From Candidatus Latescibacterota bacterium (GTDB taxonomy: Bacteria; Latescibacterota; UBA2968; UBA8231): a stretch of DNA of 64,000 nt. The notes under the pieces were generated by a model, which did no database searches, was not told the origin of the DNA, and saw only the letters and a list, made by a program, of their open reading frames with translations. The stretch is taken from the NCBI GenBank assembly GCA_963422735.1, contig OY730476.1, positions 1,536,001 through 1,600,000 on the forward strand, in the 5' to 3' direction. Position numbers and translations under genes: made by a program. Below are positions 54,469-63,800 of this stretch, piece by piece. How positions within the stretch are numbered: the first letter of the stretch is position 1; the number at the start of each line of letters is the position of its first letter.

Positions 54469-57054
54469 ATGGGAAACGCTATGAATATCTTCGGACGCGT
54501 CCTTTTTATTGGGCTAGCTATCGCACTGGCTGGGACTGCCGTGTGCGCCCAGCAGCCCGGCCATCGGGTCGGCGGCAATCGAGTCGTGATCAATGGCCGC
54601 AACCATTGGCAGAACTGGGAATCCGCCCCGGGGACCTTGACGATTTCTCCGGACGGAGAAGTGCGCACCCGGCGCATTCAAAAAAATACCAATGCAATGT
54701 TCGACATTGTCGATTACTTGCGCTTTAATCCGCCGGTGTCTTTCGGCGGCAAAGAACCCGAGGAAATTGTCCTCGCCGATGCCGTCAAGGGCGGCTCTAA
54801 TGTCGCTGATGTGGTCAACCTGCTCGACGGCGATATCACCACCTATTGGCAGCCCGACCCGCTCTCGGCCGACAGGGACTTGGCTTCGCAGTGGTGGTTT
54901 GTGATCGACTTAGGCCGCGTGGTTTTTGCCAAAGAACTCGTGGTGCGCTTTGTCGAGGAGGGCATGGGCGATCCCTTTCTCCTCTTCGAGGTGCTCATCT
55001 CCGACGGGCTGAAGCCAGCGCGTTTGCAAAACAGCGAAAACCCAGCCTTTAAGACCGTGTTGCGGACCTTGAGCAAAAGCAAGAGCCAGCGGGTCTTTAC
55101 TGTTGATCTGACGAACCAACAGCCCAACGTGCAGGCCGCGGCCGTGCGCTTTGTGCAAATTTTGGTCACGGATACCGATGGGATGCTTGGCACGGAAGTC
55201 TCTGCCGGTGAATACGAAACCCTCAGTGAAGAGACGCGTGGCGCGATCCAGTACTTCAAGCGCCAGCCCGATGGCCGCGAGGTGCCCGTTGATCAAGACC
55301 TGTACTACATATTGGATGAGGAACGCCGGGGCAGCATCCGCTACTTTCGCCGGGAATTGCCCCGCTTGGCCGAGTTGGAAGTATGGAACGAAGGGGACGA
55401 ACTAACCGCTGGCATCCTCGCGCGCGGCGGCGTCATCTCCACCAATGCGAAGCAGCCGCTGGCCTTGACCAAGTTTGTCGATGGCGACTTGGCGACCTTC
55501 AATCGCATCTTTTACGGGGTCTCCACAGCGGTGGCTGATCCCGAGTTGGAGTTGGTCTTCGACTTGGGCTCCTTTTATTGGGTCGATACCTTCCGCCTGA
55601 TTTACAACGGCGGTTTGTTCCCTAGCTATCGGATGGATTTTTCCGACGGCACCCTTGCGCCGGACGGCAGTCTCCAGTGGACCACCAAGGCGTCGCTGGG
55701 TTCGCGGCCCCACTCGCGGTTTGAAGGCGAGGCGTTCGAGCCGATTAAGGCGCGGTTTGGCCGCTTTCAGTGGACCTTGAATGCCATTGGTGCCCGCACG
55801 GCCGATATAGCTGAACTACAGTTCTACGGCGAAGGCTTCCAACCGGAGGTCTCGCTGCGGTCAGACCTGATTCGCTTGGGCGGCAGCCGCAATCTGCTGT
55901 CGATTGAGTGGGATGCCGACGCCCCTCCCGGCACCCAAGTGCTGATTCAGACTCGCACGGGCAATGAATTGGGCGAGATACTGCACTATTTCAAAAAAGA
56001 CGGCACAGAAGTGACCGAAAGCGAGTACAACAAGCTGCTGTCGCTGTTCAAGGGCGACACTGTCGCCGAGCAGGTGCCCGGCAGCGATTGGAGCAATTGG
56101 AGCGAGCCCTACGAGGATCCGGCGGGCAGTCCAATTACCTCGCCATCGCCACGGGAATTCCTGACCGTACAGGCGACCTTACTGTCGGAAGACCCAGAGG
56201 TAAGCCCAACGTTGCGCTCGGTCCATCTCAACTTCGCCAATCCCGTTGCACAGCAGCTACTGGGAGAGATCGGCCTGTTCGAGGTGGACGAACTCGGGGT
56301 GCAACGGCCGTTTTCGCTTTATGTGCGGCCGGAATTTGACCGCCGCGATTCGGGTTTTGACGAGTTGTTGTTATTCGCGCCGTCGAACATGGAACTGGAT
56401 ATGGTGGGCCTTTACGGTGGTCGGGTGGCGGATTTCGACAGCGAGACGGGGCCCAGCGCACTGACCGGGGTCGAGGTTCTGCCTACGGGCCGGGACTCGT
56501 TGCACATGCGCTTTGATGCGATACAGCCCAATGGATCTACGGAAGTGCTGAGGCTGGATTTTGAGACTGCGCTTTTTGTCACCGGCGCGGTGTTACAGGC
56601 GGCCCTGCGCAATAGCAGCGCAGACGGCGGTGCTTGGCAGCGGATCGACCCGGGGGAGGCTCTAACGCAGGTCGTCGGCAACACCACGACGATTGTCGCT
56701 GCTGTGGAGCACAACGCTCTGCTTACAAATGTGGCTGTGTTGCCGGAGGCCTTTTCGCCCAACGGCGACGGGATCAACGACCGCACGGTCTTTGCCTTCA
56801 ATGTTGTGCGAGTCGGCGACGATAGCCCGGTAGCCGCCGAGATCTACGATTTGGGAGGCCGCCAAATACGGCGTCTCGCGCAAGAGCGCCCATTTAGCAC
56901 CGGGCCTTATGAGATTGAATGGGATGGTCGGGACGACGGTGGGCGCATGGTGCCGCCGGGTCTGTATTTAGTGCAGCTAAGCGTGGATACTGATATCGAG
57001 GGAACGCAGGTTAAAGACGCGCATATATTCAAGACGGTCTCTGTGGCGTATTGA
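54469..57054 (+). CDS. Secreted protein, family A paralog with two discoidin-like units
   Basis: LLDGD.TTYW..VIDLGR and FVDGD.ATF..VFDLGS; IAELQFYGEGF; WSNWSEPY..ITSPSPR; FSPNGDGIND...WDGRD..G.MVPPGLY. Confidence 0.75.
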   Translation: MGNAMNIFGRVLFIGLAIALAGTAVCAQQPGHRVGGNRVVINGRNHWQNWESAPGTLTISPDGEVRTRRIQKNTNAMFDIVDYLRFNPPVSFGGKEPEEIVLADAVKGGSNVADVVNLLDGDITTYWQPDPLSADRDLASQWWFVIDLGRVVFAKELVVRFVEEGMGDPFLLFEVLISDGLKPARLQNSENPAFKTVLRTLSKSKSQRVFTVDLTNQQPNVQAAAVRFVQILVTDTDGMLGTEVSAGEYETLSEETRGAIQYFKRQPDGREVPVDQDLYYILDEERRGSIRYFRRELPRLAELEVWNEGDELTAGILARGGVISTNAKQPLALTKFVDGDLATFNRIFYGVSTAVADPELELVFDLGSFYWVDTFRLIYNGGLFPSYRMDFSDGTLAPDGSLQWTTKASLGSRPHSRFEGEAFEPIKARFGRFQWTLNAIGARTADIAELQFYGEGFQPEVSLRSDLIRLGGSRNLLSIEWDADAPPGTQVLIQTRTGNELGEILHYFKKDGTEVTESEYNKLLSLFKGDTVAEQVPGSDWSNWSEPYEDPAGSPITSPSPREFLTVQATLLSEDPEVSPTLRSVHLNFANPVAQQLLGEIGLFEVDELGVQRPFSLYVRPEFDRRDSGFDELLLFAPSNMELDMVGLYGGRVADFDSETGPSALTGVEVLPTGRDSLHMRFDAIQPNGSTEVLRLDFETALFVTGAVLQAALRNSSADGGAWQRIDPGEALTQVVGNTTTIVAAVEHNALLTNVAVLPEAFSPNGDGINDRTVFAFNVVRVGDDSPVAAEIYDLGGRQIRRLAQERPFSTGPYEIEWDGRDDGGRMVPPGLYLVQLSVDTDIEGTQVKDAHIFKTVSVAY

Positions 57055-57166
57055 GCGCGGGCGGTAAAGTGTTGCCGTAGGTTTAGCCTTGGAAACTATT
57101 AGCGACGGCCATCCTTTGTTTGGCAACACCGACCTCGCCCGGCTAAACAGCCAACGCTGACGGACC

Positions 57167-58051
57167 TTATTCACCTTCTTCAAACAACCCTTCCTCGATC
57201 GGCATCAGCTCAAAGTCGCCGATAAATTCTCCGCTACAGTACATTTTCGGGTGTTGCGTCAGCGCCCAAAAGGCATCGAAGGTGTCTTCTTTGGTGTCCG
57301 CGTCGAGAAAGGACCAGCCGAGGCCGATGATTGCGCCTTCTTGCAGCGAGTGTCGGCGGCTCAAATGTGGCCCTTCCGGGTGCAGGTCGTCGAAGGGCGT
57401 CAGATAGCATTCGTAGATGACGGTGCCCGGGGAGAGGTGCTCGACCGCGCCCTGCCATCCCACGGTCGAATAGCGTTCCTCTTTGGTCCACAGGGCCTTG
57501 CCCCACAGCCAGTGCCAGTAGTGGCCGTTGAGTGGCGGGATGTAGAGGTGGTAGTTCTGAGTATAGGCGCTGCGGTGGCGCAATTCCACGTGGGGCGCTT
57601 CTGCTTGATCTGCGAAGTGGATGACTTTGTCGCCGCCGTGGTCGGCGTCAATGACGATTTCCCAGATGTCCGCGCCGTGGACGTGGGCACCGGTCAAGCG
57701 GCTGTGGGGAGTGTCGAGCGAGTCGGTGATGCCCTTGTAGAAGCGCCAGATGTCGTCGTACACCTCGGCCATGAAGTATAGACGGTTGAGGGTTTTGTTC
57801 CAGCCGACGGCCGAGCGGCGCACGTAGAAATCCGTGGTGTCGGGTGCGCCGCGCTCGCGGTGCAGTTCCGCGTATTGGGTGTAGTCGTAGAAGTACTCGG
57901 CGGGCACCTTGGCCCAATCGGCCGCATCGCCGTCCATCTGCGGGACGTGGTCGTCGGGGAACTGGAAGACCTTGAAAATGGTGTCTTCGGGGTAGTGGGC
58001 GAGAGCGGGCAGGGCCAACAGCAAAACGCCGACAGTCGCAATCAGATACAT
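57167..58051 (-). CDS. Secreted protein, family C (CBM9-like) paralog of 51398
   Basis: ALA-HYPE..FQFP.D..P.MDGD..DW, GWN..LNRLY, DDIW, D.WEI.IDADH.G, FDD...GP.LS..H. Lacks the SWG.IK tail. Confidence 0.65.
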   Translation of the reverse strand: MYLIATVGVLLLALPALAHYPEDTIFKVFQFPDDHVPQMDGDAADWAKVPAEYFYDYTQYAELHRERGAPDTTDFYVRRSAVGWNKTLNRLYFMAEVYDDIWRFYKGITDSLDTPHSRLTGAHVHGADIWEIVIDADHGGDKVIHFADQAEAPHVELRHRSAYTQNYHLYIPPLNGHYWHWLWGKALWTKEERYSTVGWQGAVEHLSPGTVIYECYLTPFDDLHPEGPHLSRRHSLQEGAIIGLGWSFLDADTKEDTFDAFWALTQHPKMYCSGEFIGDFELMPIEEGLFEEGE

Positions 58052-58156
58052 GATAGAGCTCCTTTTGGGTTTGGACGGCAAAGTAGGCCAAAGCGGGGAT
58101 TAGCTCAAGATGTGTGGGAATGGTTATATTGCAAAACCGGAAAGGAGACAGCCTTT

Positions 58157-59170
58157 ATGCGCCTGCTACTAATTTGGGTCGCCGCGCTTGTTGCCGTCGG
58201 GTGCGGTGGGTCCGGCGAATCGGGCGACAAGCCCACGGAGAAAAAAATTGTCTGGTACGCCCTGATGGTGCATCCCTATGTCGAAGAGGTACAAAAAGGG
58301 GTGATCGGCTATGAGCGCGACACCGGAATCAAGATCAAGCGCCAGATCGGCCAAAGCTGGACCCAAGACAATGAAAACGCCAACGTCGAGCCGCTGGCAG
58401 CTCAGGGCTACAAGGGCTTCTCGATCTACCCAGCCGACGCCAGCGCCGCCAACGGACTCTACGAGGAATTGGTGCAAAACGGGGCCTATGTCGTCAGCTA
58501 TGGAGCGCCGACGACACTGCCGACGCCTGCTTCGTTTTGCGTGGCGACCGATGTGAAACAGGCGGCAATGGAGGCCACCGAGGCGCTGATCGGCTTCATG
58601 GGCGGTAAGGGCAACATCCTCAATGTGCTCGAACTGGTCGAAGACCCCAATACCATCTTGCGCAAAGAAGGCGTTGAGGCGGCGGTGGCCAAATACCCGG
58701 AGGTCCAGATCGTCCAGGAAATCGCTGGCATGGAGTCGATTGAGACCAGTACCGCCAAGATCCAGGACGCGCTCTCGGCGCGAATCGAGGAGATTGACGG
58801 CGTGATTTGCACGGGGTACACGCCGACTGTGGCCGCGGCGACCATCCTAGCGGAGTGGAACCAAGCTCCGGATAACAAGCGCATCCACTTCGTCGGCATC
58901 GACACAGACTCGGTGGTGCTCGACGCGATCCGCCGGGGGGCCATTGACGCGACCATCTCGCAAAACCCCTACGGACACGGCTACATCACGTGCGCCCTCT
59001 TGAGCTATCTGCTCAACGGCTGGCAGGCCAATCCCGACCACTACTTCGTCAACTCGGGTACCGTGCTAGTAACCAAAGACAACGTCGATACCTTCGCGGA
59101 CGAAGTCATGGCCATCACCGCGCGGATTATGGGCGAGTTAGAGACCAAATACCTCAGCCCGCCCCGCTGA
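58157..59170 (+). CDS. Sugar ABC transporter substrate-binding lipoprotein (RbsB-like)
   Basis: Lipobox VAVGC, VATD, R.EG, VGID, ATISQNPY..GY, and an AAAGGAG SD. Confidence 0.88.
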   Translation: MRLLLIWVAALVAVGCGGSGESGDKPTEKKIVWYALMVHPYVEEVQKGVIGYERDTGIKIKRQIGQSWTQDNENANVEPLAAQGYKGFSIYPADASAANGLYEELVQNGAYVVSYGAPTTLPTPASFCVATDVKQAAMEATEALIGFMGGKGNILNVLELVEDPNTILRKEGVEAAVAKYPEVQIVQEIAGMESIETSTAKIQDALSARIEEIDGVICTGYTPTVAAATILAEWNQAPDNKRIHFVGIDTDSVVLDAIRRGAIDATISQNPYGHGYITCALLSYLLNGWQANPDHYFVNSGTVLVTKDNVDTFADEVMAITARIMGELETKYLSPPR

Positions 59171-59173
59171 CTC

Positions 59174-60682
59174 GTGCTCGAACTGCAATCCATCAGCAAG
59201 CACTTCCCCGGCGTCCGGGCACTGGACGACGTCTCGCTCTCTTTCCTGCCGGGCCAGATCCACTCCCTAGTCGGCGAAAACGGCGCTGGCAAGAGCACTT
59301 TGCTCAAAATTGTCATCGGGATATACCAGCCCGACGCCGGGCGGATGCTCTTCGATGGCACACTGCTGCGCGTGCGCAACTGTCGCGACTGCCTCGACCG
59401 CGGCATCGGCTTGGTCCACCAAGAGATCCAGGTAGTGGCCGAAGCCAGCGTTGCCGAGAACATCATGCTCGACAAGTTAGACGCCTTCAGCCGGTGGGGC
59501 CGCCTCGACTGGCCACGGCTCGACGACCAAGCGCGGGCCGCGATGGCGCGGGTCGGGCTGGACATTGACCCGCAAGCGCCCATTGGCGATTTAAGCGCGG
59601 CCCACAAACAGCTCGTGCAGATTGCCCGGGTGTTGTCGGCCGAGGCGCGGGTCCTGCTATTAGACGAGCCGACTTCGTCGCTTACTGAGCACGAAGCGGC
59701 CCGGCTCTTTGGCATTTTGCGCCAGTTACAGGAGGCAGGCGTGGCCATCGTCTTTGTCTCGCACAAGTTCGACGAGGTCTATCAGATCGCCGACCAAGTC
59801 AGCGTGTTGCGGGACGGACGACACGTGGGCACGAGGGAGTTGGCCGGGCTGCCGCGCGCCGAGCTTATTGAGATGATGATCGGTCGGCGCGTGGAGACGG
59901 CTTCGTTTGGCACACCGGCGGTGGATCGGGCGCGGGAAGTGCTCAGGGTCGAGGGGCTGTACGCGCCGGGCCGAGCGCACCGAGTGAGCTTTTCTCTCTA
60001 CGCTGGCGAGATTTTGGGCTTGTACGGCTTGGTGGGGGCCGGGCGCACCGAGTTGGCGCGGCTGCTGGTGGGGGCCGAGCAGGCCGAGCGCGGTGCCGTC
60101 TATATCCAAGGGACAAAAGCGCGGATCGGGTCGGTGGCCGACAGCCTGTACAAATACAGCATGGGCTACGTAACCGAAAACCGCAAAGAGGAAGGCCTAC
60201 TATTGGACTCCACCGTGCGGACTAACCTCGGCATTGCGATATGGGAGCGGATCGTCGGCAAGTTCACCCGTCGGATCGACGACCGGGCGGAGACCCAAGC
60301 CGTGCAGGCGATGGTCGCGGCGCTGGATATTCGCACGACAGGCTTAGAGCAGGTGGTAGCGCAACTCAGCGGTGGCAATCAGCAGAAAGTCAGCTTGGGC
60401 AAGTGGCTGGCCGCCGGCTGCGACATCCTGATCGTCGATGAGCCGACCGTCGGGGTGGACATCCAGGCCAAGGCACAGATCCACCGCTTGCTGTGGGACT
60501 TGGCGGCCAAAGAAGGCAAGGCCATCATTTTGATCTCGTCGGACATGCCGGAGATCATCAGCTTAGCGGGGCGGATCCTCGTCTTTAAGGACAAGCAGAT
60601 CGTCCACGAAATCGCCGAGATCCACGAGCAGGAATTGAGCTACGACGCGATAAGCCGCCGCATCGGCCTGCATCTGAACTGA
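59174..60682 (+). CDS. Sugar ABC transporter ATP-binding protein (RbsA/MglA-like, two NBDs)
   Basis: GENGAGKSTL, LLDEPT, GLVGAGRTEL and LSGGNQQK..DEPT.GVD. Confidence 0.93.
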   Translation: MLELQSISKHFPGVRALDDVSLSFLPGQIHSLVGENGAGKSTLLKIVIGIYQPDAGRMLFDGTLLRVRNCRDCLDRGIGLVHQEIQVVAEASVAENIMLDKLDAFSRWGRLDWPRLDDQARAAMARVGLDIDPQAPIGDLSAAHKQLVQIARVLSAEARVLLLDEPTSSLTEHEAARLFGILRQLQEAGVAIVFVSHKFDEVYQIADQVSVLRDGRHVGTRELAGLPRAELIEMMIGRRVETASFGTPAVDRAREVLRVEGLYAPGRAHRVSFSLYAGEILGLYGLVGAGRTELARLLVGAEQAERGAVYIQGTKARIGSVADSLYKYSMGYVTENRKEEGLLLDSTVRTNLGIAIWERIVGKFTRRIDDRAETQAVQAMVAALDIRTTGLEQVVAQLSGGNQQKVSLGKWLAAGCDILIVDEPTVGVDIQAKAQIHRLLWDLAAKEGKAIILISSDMPEIISLAGRILVFKDKQIVHEIAEIHEQELSYDAISRRIGLHLN

Positions 60683-60737
60683 GTCAATGGGAAGTTCTCT
60701 GGGGTGAGGGAACATCCCTGAAAACCAGATAGGTTTC

Positions 60738-60770
60738 TTGACAGGCAAAGCCCTTTTTTTTGATACCTAG
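60738..60770 (+). promoter_or_regulatory. Possible promoter for the large downstream ORF
   Basis: TTGACA at 60738-60743, followed by a T-tract and TGATACCT. Confidence 0.35.
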
Positions 60771-60815
60771 CCCCAAAACAGATAGACATAGAAGACATAG
60801 AATTGAGGATGTGAT

Positions 60816-63800
60816 ATGTCCGACGAAAAGACACAGCCTACGGAAAACCACCAAGATACCCAGTGGACTCGTTTTCTTGAGGAATTGCGCCAGTGGCCTT
60901 GCGACGCTCCTCAATGGGAAGGAGTCCAAAGATTTATCGACCAAGTCCAACTCGTGGCAGAGCAGAAGGGTCGAGAACGGGAAGAGGCCGGACGATTCCA
61001 ACTCCAGCAGGTCTTGGAGAAATTGCAAGAGAACTACGAGGTAATTCTCGTCGATTACTTTCAATGCTCAAACCTATCCAAATGGGAAGCGGCTAGCTGC
61101 CCTATGGACCAAGTTGCCGAGCGGACGGAGGCTGTCAAAGATCTGCTAGCGCAACTGGACCGACGTCAAACGCTCGACCAAGAGGTTCCACAAAATCACT
61201 TGGAAGGCCGCAAGAAACGGACGGAATTGGGTGAAGTAGAGCTTCGGATCAGCAAGTTGGTGGAACGACTCGGCCAAGATTTTCCTACGGATCTCTTGGA
61301 GCCGCCTTTGGACGACGCTGCCGAAGAGAATGATCAGCTATCCCCGGAGCCACCAAGTTCCGAAAGAGACTCTTCTGGTGCTCCCACTGACCAAAAAGCT
61401 GAAGAAGACGCCAGCTCATTCAAAAAAGCTCTGCAAAAGGAAGCCATTCTTGAAGAAAAACCCCAAACGCCGCCTCTCCCTCAACCAGAAGACCGCGAGC
61501 CAGCCCCTGTCCAAGCTACCCCACCTGATGAGAAGCCCCTGTCTTTGCGCTCGGCTCAAGAGGTGGCGGTCCTGTTGCAAGCAGAAGACTCGGATGAACA
61601 CTGGGAATCGTTGGGATGGAGCTTACTGGCTGAAGATGACTTGGCCGGAGCCTACTGGCTGGCTCGTTCTCTGAAAGCAGCGGGCCGCGATGTGCCGGTT
61701 GCCCCGGAATTGCTTGCCGCGCTGCAAGAGGCGCACTGGTTGGAGAATGATACCGACAGTTTGGTCTCCGATATCCGGCAGATTGCTTCGGAGTATGCTC
61801 CCCAAAGTACTACTTCCGAGCGGTTGGTAGGGTTGGCTGCGGCTTTGCGTCCCAGCTTGGTTGCCCCGCACACTGGCTTGGTCGGCTGGCTCCCGCAAAA
61901 AGATGAAGTCAATCCCGGACTGGGTACGCTAGCCGAGGCTGTTCGCACTTTTGCGTCAGCAGGTCATCCCTTGCGGGCTGAAGATCAACAGGGAGCAGAA
62001 GGCAGGGCAACTCACGAGAAGGACATTAAAGAGACCGTTGAGCAGGCCCGTCGCTTCTTGGCCACTAATCAGGTTAGCAAGCTGAAGTTCAAACGGGCAA
62101 CCGATGTGTTGCATCGGTTGGTGTCCCCGGAAGGGGATTTAACCCTCTTGCTCACTCCGGTCATTAAAAATAAGGCCGACCAAGTAGCGCAAGTCCGGCA
62201 GCGCATAATCGATTTCGGGGAGCGCAAGCAGATTGAACGTTGCCTCCATCAGATTGATCAAGACTTGGCCGGGGCCAAAAAACGCAAAATCACAGGAGAT
62301 CCCATCAATCAGTTGGTGCGGAGTGTCGAAGAAGCTGTCGGTCTGGCCAATAGCTGGTGTTCCCTAATTACGCGGGAACGGGTCGCCCGAGACAAGGGCG
62401 ACTGGTGGGCCGGTCATGTGGAGAAACTGCGCCGCCGAGTACAGGAGGTCCTCCCCGATGTCAATGTCGAACTCAAGCGAATGCAAGACCAACTGCAAGA
62501 AGAAGCCGCGTTGGGCCATGTTCTACGGTGGGCCATAGGCCAAGTAACAGGTATGCTCGGCCTGGAGGAGCAAGCCGATATTGAGGGACCTGAAGAAAGG
62601 ATGAAGAGCGGGAGCAATTCACTGGGCATAGCTTTATCCCACCGCTTGTTGTATGTCCCCGAAATTTTCCTCGACGAAGATGGCCATCCTACAAAGGATC
62701 AGGAGGGCGATATTGCCAAGTATTTGCGTCAGTCCCTAGCTGAAAAACGCGCACTCCCCATGGCTTGGGAGATGCGGATTGAAGGACAGGATTTTCGTTT
62801 CACTGATGTATTGATGAATGCGTTGGAAGACTATGAGGATCGCCAACGGCTTGAAGATCGAAACGACGAGGAGCTCAAAAGTGCTCAAGCAGGGCTAAAG
62901 GACGACGTCAACCGTGTGGAAGGTGCTATCGAAAAGGGACTAGTGGACGGCCTGATCTCAGAAAAAGAACGCGCCGCTCTCAGTGCTAAACTGCCGAGAG
63001 TTGAAGAGGCTTTGTACTTCCCACCTTTGTTCCGGCGATTAGATGATATCGGAGAGCAATTGGAGCAAAAGCTCGAAGAACGGCTACGAGAGTTGGAAGT
63101 TCAATGGAAGGAAATGAGGCAAGGCTTAGCGCAGAGTATCCAAGCCGACCTAACAACCGCGGCGACATCTATTCAAAGAGCTTTTACGCAGCGCGATACT
63201 AGGGTTATAGAAGAAAGTCTGGCCCACTTGCGCGAAATTCGCGCCGGTGAACGCGAATGGCAGGATGAGTGGTTTGCCCGACCCGACAAGCTCGACATCT
63301 TCAAGAAGTTCCAAGAGGCTTGTCCTCGCATTGAAGAAGCACTTAGCAGTTTGGGTAGTGTTGCGCGACTAGCCGAAGTGATTGAGCAAGGCCAAACTTG
63401 GGCAGACATGGAGTTTGGCGAATTGCCCCAAGAATGCCAGGAAGAGGCCGCCAAAGTGCTGCGTTCTTGGCACCAGCTAAAACGCCTTGATGGACAACAG
63501 AGTAAAAACCAAAGATATATCCAAGTTCTTTTAGAGTACTTGGGTTTCCGCCCGTCGGAAGGAAAATCGGCCGTGAGCGTACGCGTGAAAAAGCGCGATC
63601 AAGATTGGCTCTACTGCCAAGTGGATGCTTTGGCCAGCGACCTAGTGCGGCCCATCCCGCAGTTGGGCTCGCAAGCCAGCGGCTGCTACAATGTGGTGTG
63701 TTTTTGGAAACGCCCTAGGGCTGCCTCCATTGGAGCGTTTTTGCGCGAATTGGGACTGGATAATCAGACGGTGGTTGTTTTTTCTTTCCAGCGATTGTCT

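Noticed and set aside
41490-57054. Flagellar hook-cap (flgD) genes
   Set aside because: Only the ~100-aa terminal Ig-like domain resembles FlgD. The proteins have Sec-type signals and there is no flagellar context.
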